Virus record (IMG/VR): IMGVR_UViG_3300002145_000153
Span: 1-54,314 of that record
Reading direction: 5' to 3' (one strand)
Origin: a virus
Lineage: Duplodnaviria; Caudoviricetes
Length of the DNA stretch: 54,314 bases
Part shown: positions 47,687-54,314 of the stretch, piece after piece
Layout of the letters: every line of letters starts with the position of its first letter
How positions within the stretch are numbered: the stretch's first letter is position 1
Translations under genes and position numbers: made by a program
Notes under the pieces: model-generated
Database searches by the model: none
The model's input: the letters and a program-made list of their open reading frames with translations, nothing else
What the model was told of the DNA's origin: nothing

Positions 47687-47791
47687 TTGACATTGAGAAG
47701 CAGGCATGTATAATATGGTCTGTTCGATGCAGTAACGCAGCGCCAGAGCAGTAGAAAAAAAGCTTGACAGGCGCAGCGAGTAATGTATAAT
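47687..47791 (+). promoter_or_regulatory. Tandem sigma70 promoters
   Basis: TTGACA 47687/TATAAT 47709 and TTGACA 47764/TATAAT 47786. Confidence 0.8.
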
Positions 47792-47814
47792 AGCAGCATC
47801 GATGTAACGCAGTA

Positions 47815-48170
47815 CGCTCTTTAACAATCAGGTCCACTTGATATGGCGCAATTCCTGTGCCATATTACAGGAGATCTACACATGGCTATCACTCGTACTC
47901 TCGACGGTTACGTTTGCGATACTCTTGCTGATGCGCTGGTTGCAACGATGAGAGCTGGTCGCGTGTTTCTGAAGTATGACCTCTTCAAGAGTTGCAAGAG
48001 CGTTGAGATCGTAGGTCGTCGTCTCAGTGTCAACAAGGACGGCAGCCGACAGCTCATGCTCAAGCTTGAGAATGGCAAGAAACTTCGCGTGCGTATCGAA
48101 GAAGTAGCGTAGTCATGTGGCGTCCAGGCAACTGGTCGCCATATCAAGTGGACTTGATTGTTAAAGAGTG
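47815..48170 (+). repeat. 34-bp inverted repeat stalk starting with boxA and enclosing an ORF
   Basis: 47815-47848 vs 48137-48170; CGCTCTTTAACA boxA. Confidence 0.85.
47882..48112 (+). CDS. Hypothetical protein (76 aa) within the RNA stalk
   Basis: AGGAG RBS; GC-richer codons. Confidence 0.7.
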   Translation: MAITRTLDGYVCDTLADALVATMRAGRVFLKYDLFKSCKSVEIVGRRLSVNKDGSRQLMLKLENGKKLRVRIEEVA

Positions 48171-48183
48171 TTTCTGCATTCTC

Positions 48184-48205
48184 AGGTGGGCTATTCAGCC
48201 CACCT
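48184..48205 (+). terminator. Hairpin, possible terminator
   Basis: AGGTGGGCT-ATTC-AGCCCACCT; weak U-tract. Confidence 0.5.
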
Positions 48206-48226
48206 ATTCCTATTAGGAGTTCAAAC

Positions 48227-48436
48227 ATGAATGTAAAGATCATCAAGAGTACGGAAGACTACGGAGCAGCGATGGCGCGCTTGTCTGCGCTCATGTCGCT
48301 CGACCCCAAGGCCAACTCCAAGGAAGAAAACGAACTTGAGCTGCTGGCCTTGGTCATCCAGGACTTCGAGCGCCAAACCGTTCCTTCGGGGAGTGGGTCG
48401 GCACCACACCTCTTCACCAAATACTGGCCCTATTAG
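48227..48436 (+). CDS. Truncated HigA-like antitoxin N-terminal fragment (host-derived)
   Basis: KIIKSTEDYGAAMARLSALM..ELELLALVIQDFE; GC-rich; flanked by 23-bp direct repeats. Confidence 0.7.
   Translation: MNVKIIKSTEDYGAAMARLSALMSLDPKANSKEENELELLALVIQDFERQTVPSGSGSAPHLFTKYWPY
48375..48428 (+). repeat. Exact 54-bp copy of tRNA-Tyr 3' half plus trailer (766-819)
   Basis: AAACCGTTCCTTCGGGGAGTGGGTCGGCACCACACCTCTTCACCAAATACTGGC at both loci. Confidence 0.9.
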
Positions 48437-48483
48437 GAGTTCAAACATGAAAATTGGTTTAGTGTTACAATAACCTCCAATTT

Positions 48484-48618
48484 TTATGAGTCGCACCCTT
48501 TTTGACAATCGCGTCTGTGAGATGCAATACGGGCAGGCCAGGCTGAATCAAAACCTATATATACTTTGCCTGTTACAATATTTGTTGCTTTATAAATAGT
48601 AAAAATTTTCGTAGACAT
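48484..48618 (-). pseudogene. Truncated GIY-YIG homing endonuclease (44 aa)
   Basis: TIYKATNIVTGKVYIGFDSAWPARIASH; AGGAG RBS; late promoter at 48689-48696 on - strand. Confidence 0.75.
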
Positions 48619-48714
48619 AGCTGTGTCTCTCCTGTTATAATTAAGACATAGAATCGGTGGATGTTAGAGCATCGCGACCGATATCTTTTATTTATACATT
48701 ACAGGAGTTCTACT

Positions 48715-49518
48715 ATGAAAAAGGAGGAAATTGTCAGAAAACTGCGCATCGGCGTAGTTTCTGACCTTTAACTACATTTGGAATTTGGAGATCTGGATCT
48801 TCCGAACAAAGAAAAAATCGACACATTGATTCTTGGTGGAGACATTTGTGTCGCCGCAAAGATAGAAAAATTTCTACCATTTTTTGAGCGGATCGCAGCA
48901 GATTTTCCAAATATCATTTATATCATGGGCAACCATGAGCACTATAATGGTAAGTTTGATGAAACAGAAGATATTCTGCGTGAAGCTCTAGCTAAGTTTT
49001 CCAACATCCACATACTCGAAAAACAGATTAAAAAGATTGATGATGTGGTGTTTATGGGTGGTACTTTGTGGACAGATTTTAATAATCGAGATTCTGTTAC
49101 AATGTGGCAATGTCGTCAGTCGATGAATGATTATCAAATCATTAGAGTTGCCAAAGAAAACTATCGTCGACTTCATCCCGACGATACATTATTAGAGCAT
49201 CTAAAGACAATCGATTTTTTGAAAAAGTCTCTATCTGAGCATCAAAGTGACAAAGTAGTCGTGGTTGGTCATCATGCACCATCAACACTGAGTGTAAAAC
49301 CACGGTATGCTGATCAACATTTGATTAACGGTGCTTATCGTTCTGATCTTAGTCAATTGATTCTTGATAATCCACAGATTATTGTTTTTACTCACGGACA
49401 CACTCACGCACCGTTTGATTATATGATCGGAGGAACTAGAGTTGTCTGCAATCCTCGAGGTTACTGGAATTATGAGATTTTTGAACCTGGTTACATCTAT
49501 CAATTAATAGAAGTTTAA
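48715..49518 (+). CDS. Calcineurin-like metallophosphoesterase with in-frame TAA at 48769
   Basis: VSDL*LHLEF, GGDI, GNHEHY, HHAP, HGHTH. Confidence 0.75.
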
Positions 49519-49530
49519 AAGGAGAACTTT

Positions 49531-49764
49531 ATGCATGTATTTAACTTATATGATGATATTGAAGGCATGCAACCATGCAGGAAAAAACCTGTGGTTGTTC
49601 ATGCTAAGCAAATGAATAGTGTATTTTGTGTAGACACATTAGAGGGTGTCATGTCAGGAAATCCAGGTGATTATCTTATGAAAGGCATTAATGGTGAACT
49701 TTATCCATGCAAAAAGGAAATTTTTGAGAAATCTTTCAATTGGATTGATGAAAAAAATATTTAA
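49531..49764 (+). CDS. PGDYG-like small protein
   Basis: TLEG..GDYLMKG..GELYPC. Confidence 0.7.
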   Translation: MHVFNLYDDIEGMQPCRKKPVVVHAKQMNSVFCVDTLEGVMSGNPGDYLMKGINGELYPCKKEIFEKSFNWIDEKNI

Positions 49765-49981
49765 CGAAAAGACCATAGAGTGGAGTAGTACAGCTCTACT
49801 CATTGTAGGTGTTATACTTACTAGTTACAATATTTTTCCACTCAATATCTGGATTGCTTTCATTGGCAATACGGGTTGGATTATTGTAGGTATGATTTGG
49901 AAAAAGATGAGTTTAGTTGTTGTAAGTATATTTCTAGGTGTGATATACTTATCTGGTCTCATTAATCATTATATTCTATGA
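49748..49981 (+). CDS. Small membrane protein
   Basis: Three hydrophobic segments. Confidence 0.65.
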   Translation: MKKIFNEKTIEWSSTALLIVGVILTSYNIFPLNIWIAFIGNTGWIIVGMIWKKMSLVVVSIFLGVIYLSGLINHYIL

Positions 49982-50250
49982 CTGCGAAAATACTTAAATT
50001 TACTGGCGATCATGCCGCCTTTACTATTAGTCTGTATACAGATGAAGAAATATATCTTGCTGTAAAAGCAGTAAACATGTTCTCAAATATTGGTAGAAAT
50101 ATCACTAAAAAAAGTCTACCTTTTGTAGATCCTCTATACGTGATAAATTGTCTCAATATGGCTAGAACTAATTTTGCATTTTATACTGTAGAAGAGCGCG
50201 CTCGTTGCTGTAAAATATTAGAATCTGTTGAGAGGATTTGCACACTATGA
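49978..50250 (+). CDS. Hypothetical protein
   Basis: Translationally coupled ORF. Confidence 0.55.
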   Translation: MTAKILKFTGDHAAFTISLYTDEEIYLAVKAVNMFSNIGRNITKKSLPFVDPLYVINCLNMARTNFAFYTVEERARCCKILESVERICTL

Positions 50251-50801
50251 ACATCTTTTTTCTACACCATAATCCACAAGAATGCGCTCAACTACACTGT
50301 GACAAACACGTAGTAAAAATGATTCTAGAATACTCACAATTGTTGTCTACTGCTCACCGTGTTTTAGATGGTAAAATGCATGTTGAACTTTCTGCAAAAG
50401 GAAGAAAAATTAAGAGATGGGCATTAGAAGATTCTTATCTTGATAAAAATCTTTATAAATCTACACATTCAAACCATCCCTCTGCAGTTTGGGTTCGTGA
50501 TTCAGAACAAAACTATATTTGGCTAGCAAATCTACTAATTTATCTTTGCGAAGAATATACTTTTCGTTATGGTAAAACACATAAGGTAGAACAAACAGGT
50601 CTATGTTACATTTTACTAAAAAATGTTCCTAAAAACATTCCCATTCTAAATATTACAAAGTGCCCACTAGCGATGCCTGATATATACAAGATAGAAGGTA
50701 ATGTAGTAGAATCCTACAGAAACTTCTACAATAAAAGTAAGTCGAGATTTGCTACATGGAAAGTTCGATCTACACCAACATGGTATAACCCAACTTTGTG
50801 A
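50247..50801 (+). CDS. Pyrimidine-dimer DNA glycosylase family protein
   Basis: MNIF.L..P..CA..HCDKHVVKMILE; H.NHPSAVW; EYTFRYGKTH. Confidence 0.8.
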   Translation: MNIFFLHHNPQECAQLHCDKHVVKMILEYSQLLSTAHRVLDGKMHVELSAKGRKIKRWALEDSYLDKNLYKSTHSNHPSAVWVRDSEQNYIWLANLLIYLCEEYTFRYGKTHKVEQTGLCYILLKNVPKNIPILNITKCPLAMPDIYKIEGNVVESYRNFYNKSKSRFATWKVRSTPTWYNPTL

Positions 50802-50813
50802 TAAATAATTTAT

Positions 50814-51074
50814 ATGCCAATATACGAGTACAAATGTTCTAACTGTTCTGATTCTTTCACCAGAATCACTAGTATTGCAACGCGCAATGATCCTGAAAAT
50901 GAGTCATGTGAAAAATGTGGTAATCAGTCAATTCAACGCCAGATTACTGCAGTTCCTGTAGGTGATTCTGTTCGCCTAGGTTTAAGAACCCACGATGATG
51001 GATTTAGGGAGGTTTTATCGAAAATATCAGAAAAAGTACCAAAAAGTAATTTAAGAGACAAATTATCTAGATGA
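50814..51074 (+). CDS. FmdB-family zinc-ribbon protein
   Basis: MPIYEYKCSNC..CEKCG. Confidence 0.85.
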   Translation: MPIYEYKCSNCSDSFTRITSIATRNDPENESCEKCGNQSIQRQITAVPVGDSVRLGLRTHDDGFREVLSKISEKVPKSNLRDKLSR

Positions 51075-51116
51075 AAACATCATCTTTAGATAAAGAATCA
51101 CTAGTAACATTTTAAT

Positions 51117-51149
51117 GGGACAGTAGACTTGCTGTCCCTTTTTCTTTTT
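51117..51149 (+). terminator. Intrinsic terminator
   Basis: GGGACAGTAG-A-CTTGCTGTCCC followed by T-tract. Confidence 0.7.
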
Positions 51150-51160
51150 CAGAGGATTAA

Positions 51161-51910
51161 ATGGCTAAAAGAGCAGAGAAATACGAACAAAGACACCCTA
51201 AGCTAACTCTAGCTGCAGCATCAAATAGATTAAAGATACAAATTGATGATCTGATTGTTATCAATCCACTAACTAATAATCAAAAGATATTTTTTGATTT
51301 TTATAAGCAACAAGCCAAAATGGTTATGTTGCATGGTGTGGCGGGTACGGGTAAAACTTATATAGCTCTGTATAAGGCTCTTGAAGAAGTACTTGATAAA
51401 AGTAATAAAGCATACAAAAAAGTTATTATAGTAAGATCAGCAGTACAAGCAAGAGAAATTGGTCATTTACCAGGTGATGAGATTGAAAAGAATGAAGTAT
51501 TTCAGATTCCCTATGTAGAAATTTGTAGTTCATTGTTTAAAAGACATGATGCTTTTTCTAGATTGAAAGAACAAGGAGTAGTAAGTTTTCTAACTACATC
51601 TTTTATTCGTGGTGTGACTCTAGATAACTCTATCATTATTGTAGATGAATGCCAAAATCTGAATGATTCTGAAATTAATACAATTATGACTCGAGTAGGC
51701 CAGGATTCAAAGATTATCTTCTGTGGAGATTTTAGACAAACTGATCTGACAAAGAAGCATGATTTATCAGGTCTAAAGAAATTTTTAGAGATTACAAAGT
51801 TGATGCCTTCATTTAAGTTGATTGAGTTTGATGTAGAAGATATAGTTCGTTCTGATGTTGTAAAAGAGTATATTTTAGCCAGATTACATTATGAGGAAAA
51901 ACAAGTATAG
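51161..51910 (+). CDS. phoH: PhoH-family ATPase
   Basis: GVAGTGKT, IGHLPG, RGVT, DECQN, GDFRQ, DIVRS. Confidence 0.93.
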   Translation: MAKRAEKYEQRHPKLTLAAASNRLKIQIDDLIVINPLTNNQKIFFDFYKQQAKMVMLHGVAGTGKTYIALYKALEEVLDKSNKAYKKVIIVRSAVQAREIGHLPGDEIEKNEVFQIPYVEICSSLFKRHDAFSRLKEQGVVSFLTTSFIRGVTLDNSIIIVDECQNLNDSEINTIMTRVGQDSKIIFCGDFRQTDLTKKHDLSGLKKFLEITKLMPSFKLIEFDVEDIVRSDVVKEYILARLHYEEKQV

Positions 51911-51912
51911 CT

Positions 51913-52581
51913 ATGCAATATTTTAATCATGTAAAGAATACTTCATTGAATATACCTGAGTTAAAGCAAATAAACTCTGACTCAGGTAGAATGTATGAAA
52001 CAATGGAGGGAGAGAGATTTCCCTCCATTACTACCGTACTAAATCTTTACAATCAGAATTTCATTACCGAGTGGAAATCTAAGGTAGGTGAAGAATATGC
52101 TAATAAAGTAGCATCACAAGCAGCTAGAAGAGGAACAATAATACATGAAAGCGTAGAACATTATCTGAGTAATCGGTCTGTTCCTTTTGTATCTTTCAGG
52201 CAACAAGAGTTGTTTAAAAGTATACAACCTTTGCTAAATGACATAAATAATGTGCATTGTTTAGAAAAACGGTTGTTTTCTAGGCATTTGAAAATAGCAG
52301 GTACTGTTGATTGTATCGCGGAACATGAAGGACGTCTTAGTGTAATTGACTTTAAAACATCGTCGAGAACTAAAGAAAAAAATAAAATAGAAAACTACTT
52401 CATGCAGTGCACTGCTTATGCAATCATGTATGAAGAATTAACTGGTATTCCGATACAAAAAATTGTTATTATGATAGCAGTGGAGGATGACTTTCCACAG
52501 ATTTTTATTGAAAAAAGAGACAATTTTGTAAAAAGTTTACTGCATTATCGTGAACTTTATAGAGTAGAAAAACATGTTTGA
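51913..52581 (+). CDS. PD-(D/E)xK exonuclease (Cas4-like)
   Basis: PSITTVL, RGT..H, AGTVDC, IDFKTS, Q..AYA. Confidence 0.88.
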   Translation: MQYFNHVKNTSLNIPELKQINSDSGRMYETMEGERFPSITTVLNLYNQNFITEWKSKVGEEYANKVASQAARRGTIIHESVEHYLSNRSVPFVSFRQQELFKSIQPLLNDINNVHCLEKRLFSRHLKIAGTVDCIAEHEGRLSVIDFKTSSRTKEKNKIENYFMQCTAYAIMYEELTGIPIQKIVIMIAVEDDFPQIFIEKRDNFVKSLLHYRELYRVEKHV

Positions 52582-53164
52582 ATGGCTTTTGTTTAATAAT
52601 CTAACATATCTGATTCATCTTCTATTAATAATAGGATTGATTGGATCAATACTAGTCACAATAGCAAAAAGAGTATCCCATACTGCTAAGTTTGTGGCTC
52701 CTCTATTCTATATACTGTTTTTAACTGGTGTATACCTAGAAGGCATGATTGTGGGTAAAACTAATTTTACTAAAGTATTGGCTCAATATGAAGAAAAACT
52801 GAAATCTGCTGAAGAAAAATCAATCCAAGTTAATGAAGTGATTAAGACGGTTTATGTTGATAGAGTTAAAGTGATCAAGGAAAAGAGTGAGAATAATGTC
52901 AAATATATTGAAAAAATTGTTACAAAATATGACAATTTGTGCACTTTGTCTAATGCTGCTATCAAGTTGCACGACAGTGCCAGTCAAAATGAAATGGCCC
53001 GAGGTGCCCCAGGAACTAATGAAGGAACCTCCAATGTTAAAGCCAGTGAACTCCTTAGAACAGTTACAGAAAACTACGCCACCTACTACCAAACCAGAGA
53101 GCAAGTGATTGGTTGGCAACAATGGTATAACGAACAAAAGAAAATTTTTGAGAGTGTAAAATGA
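52574..53164 (+). CDS. Putative i-spanin (Rz-like)
   Basis: N-terminal TM segments, periplasmic coiled region; nested lipoprotein; upstream of endolysin. Confidence 0.65.
   Translation: MFEWLLFNNLTYLIHLLLIIGLIGSILVTIAKRVSHTAKFVAPLFYILFLTGVYLEGMIVGKTNFTKVLAQYEEKLKSAEEKSIQVNEVIKTVYVDRVKVIKEKSENNVKYIEKIVTKYDNLCTLSNAAIKLHDSASQNEMARGAPGTNEGTSNVKASELLRTVTENYATYYQTREQVIGWQQWYNEQKKIFESVK
52896..53108 (+). CDS. Putative embedded o-spanin (Rz1-like lipoprotein)
   Basis: LMLLSS|C lipobox and Pro-rich WPEVPQELMKEPP in +1 frame. Confidence 0.7.
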   Translation: MSNILKKLLQNMTICALCLMLLSSCTTVPVKMKWPEVPQELMKEPPMLKPVNSLEQLQKTTPPTTKPESK

Positions 53165-53592
53165 AAAATATTATTTTAGGTTTAACTTTATTACTACTTT
53201 CTGGATGCGCAGTTGTGCAACCAATTGTAGATAGATTTACTATCTCACCATTTGATTCTAATGAATATGCCTTGGTTAATACATTAAGAACACTTGCAAT
53301 TCAAGCAAAACCAAACTGCAATACTGCAGATGATCCTTGGAAAATAATTTATAATTATGTTGAAGAGTTACATAATACATCATTACTTTTGAAAAATTAT
53401 AGTGAGTATATTCCTAAAAATGATCAAACTATAAAACCTGTAAATATAGTATTTTTGATGACAACAGATCTGAAAAAAAGATATAGCACAGAAGCAAAGG
53501 TTAGTAAAACTTATTGTGAGTTAAAGATTCAATCTATTATAAATGCTTCTGAATCCATTCAAAAAGCAATAGGAAAAAGGCCAAGACCATGA
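53161..53592 (+). CDS. Lipoprotein
   Basis: LLLSG|C lipobox. Confidence 0.75.
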   Translation: MKNIILGLTLLLLSGCAVVQPIVDRFTISPFDSNEYALVNTLRTLAIQAKPNCNTADDPWKIIYNYVEELHNTSLLLKNYSEYIPKNDQTIKPVNIVFLMTTDLKKRYSTEAKVSKTYCELKIQSIINASESIQKAIGKRPRP

Positions 53593-53801
53593 ACCTACAA
53601 GAAACTGCTGCACAAGCACAACAACTAATAGATGAATATCAGAAAGGTAACATTTCACCTGAAGAATTTAGAGAATTAGTAAGAGATCTAGATTATATTA
53701 AAATAGTTAGTTCAGATACTGCTAAACTCGAAGAAAATATTGAGTATCGTGTGAAGATTTGGGCAGCTATAAATGTTGCTGCATCTTTAGTAGGTGTTTA
53801 A
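53589..53801 (+). CDS. Hypothetical protein
   Basis: ATGA-coupled ORF. Confidence 0.6.
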   Translation: MNLQETAAQAQQLIDEYQKGNISPEEFRELVRDLDYIKIVSSDTAKLEENIEYRVKIWAAINVAASLVGV

Positions 53802-53803
53802 AA

Positions 53804-54314
53804 ATGTCTATTTTTACTTTTGATTTTACTAAACAAAAATTAGCACAGTGTATTCCTGGTAATCCATACGTGCAGAATTGGTTTGATGCTCTAAATCAAC
53901 TATTGCCAGATTACGAGATAAACACGCCACAAAGAGTTGCCGCATTCGTAGCACAATGCGCTCATGAAAGTGCAAATTTTCGCATTCTGAAAGAGAATCT
54001 TAATTATCGTGCTGAAACTTTAACTAGATTGTGGCCTCGTCATTTTCCACCTGAGATTGCTAGAGATTATGCTTCTCGTCCAAATAAACAAGAAGCAATT
54101 GCCAATCGAGCATACGCCAATAGAATGGGAAACGGGGATGAAGCAAGCGGAGATGGATATCGTTTTTGTGGTCGTGGTTTAATTCAACTTACTGGTAAAA
54201 GTAATTATTCTTGGTTTGCTGCGTCGTTAGGTATTAGTGTAGAGGATGCTGCGGAATATCTGCAGACATTTGAGGGTGCTGCACAATCAGCATGCTGGTT
54301 TTGGGAAACAAATA
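53804..54314 (+). CDS. Glycoside hydrolase family 19 endolysin (partial)
   Basis: Hand translation: AAFVAQCAHES..ENLNY..YANRMGNGDEASGDG.RF.GRGLIQLTGKSNY. Confidence 0.9.
   Translation, partial: MSIFTFDFTKQKLAQCIPGNPYVQNWFDALNQLLPDYEINTPQRVAAFVAQCAHESANFRILKENLNYRAETLTRLWPRHFPPEIARDYASRPNKQEAIANRAYANRMGNGDEASGDGYRFCGRGLIQLTGKSNYSWFAASLGISVEDAAEYLQTFEGAAQSACWFWETN

Noticed and set aside
20131-47714. Dispersed repeats as a CRISPR array
   Set aside because: Irregular spacing; the repeats are promoters and binding sites separated by genes; the Cas4-like gene is a stand-alone phage exonuclease
766-48428. tRNA 3'-end duplication as attL/attR of a 47-kb integrated element
   Set aside because: The interval holds core T4-like replication genes and no integrase; the second copy sits inside a small local insertion
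48731-48757. AAGGAGG-TTG mini-ORF before the phosphoesterase
   Set aside because: Eight codons, out of frame; no evidence beyond an SD-like sequence
13084-54314. Genome-wide stop-codon reassignment
   Set aside because: Core genes are intact in the standard code and end in TAA, TAG and TGA; no suppressor tRNA seen

Overview
Fragment of a large, AT-rich T4-like (T4-superfamily) lytic phage genome, almost all genes on the + strand. The host is probably a Gram-negative proteobacterium, inferred from spanins, IHF-consensus sites and PstS. Order along the window: a tRNA array (15 complete tRNA genes plus a half-gene) interspersed with non-tRNA structured RNAs; an NAD-salvage pair (NMNAT-Nudix and NAMPT); dCMP deaminase; pstS; a DUF2828-type TROVE/vWA (Ro60-like) gene; gp43; uvsX fractured into a split intein around an HNH endonuclease; gp41; early-promoter modules; a late cluster of probable internal head proteins; gp61; thyX; nrdAB; denA; rnh; dsbA; gp30; a rearrangement hotspot at 47.4-48.8 kb; phoH; and a lysis cassette. 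The best candidate for an undescribed system is a family of six ncRNAs sharing a covarying terminal stem and a C(A/C)GCAA motif. One copy carries a circularly permuted tRNA module, others carry anticodon stem-loops, and one sits directly upstream of the Ro60-like gene, suggesting a non-canonical Ro/Y-RNA-like RNP. Other highlights are a boxA-containing 34-bp stalk enclosing a small gene, a captured HigA antitoxin fragment, a shared leader motif on both NAD genes, and IHF-site repeat modules with an inverted core. All calls are by eye; no database searches were run.
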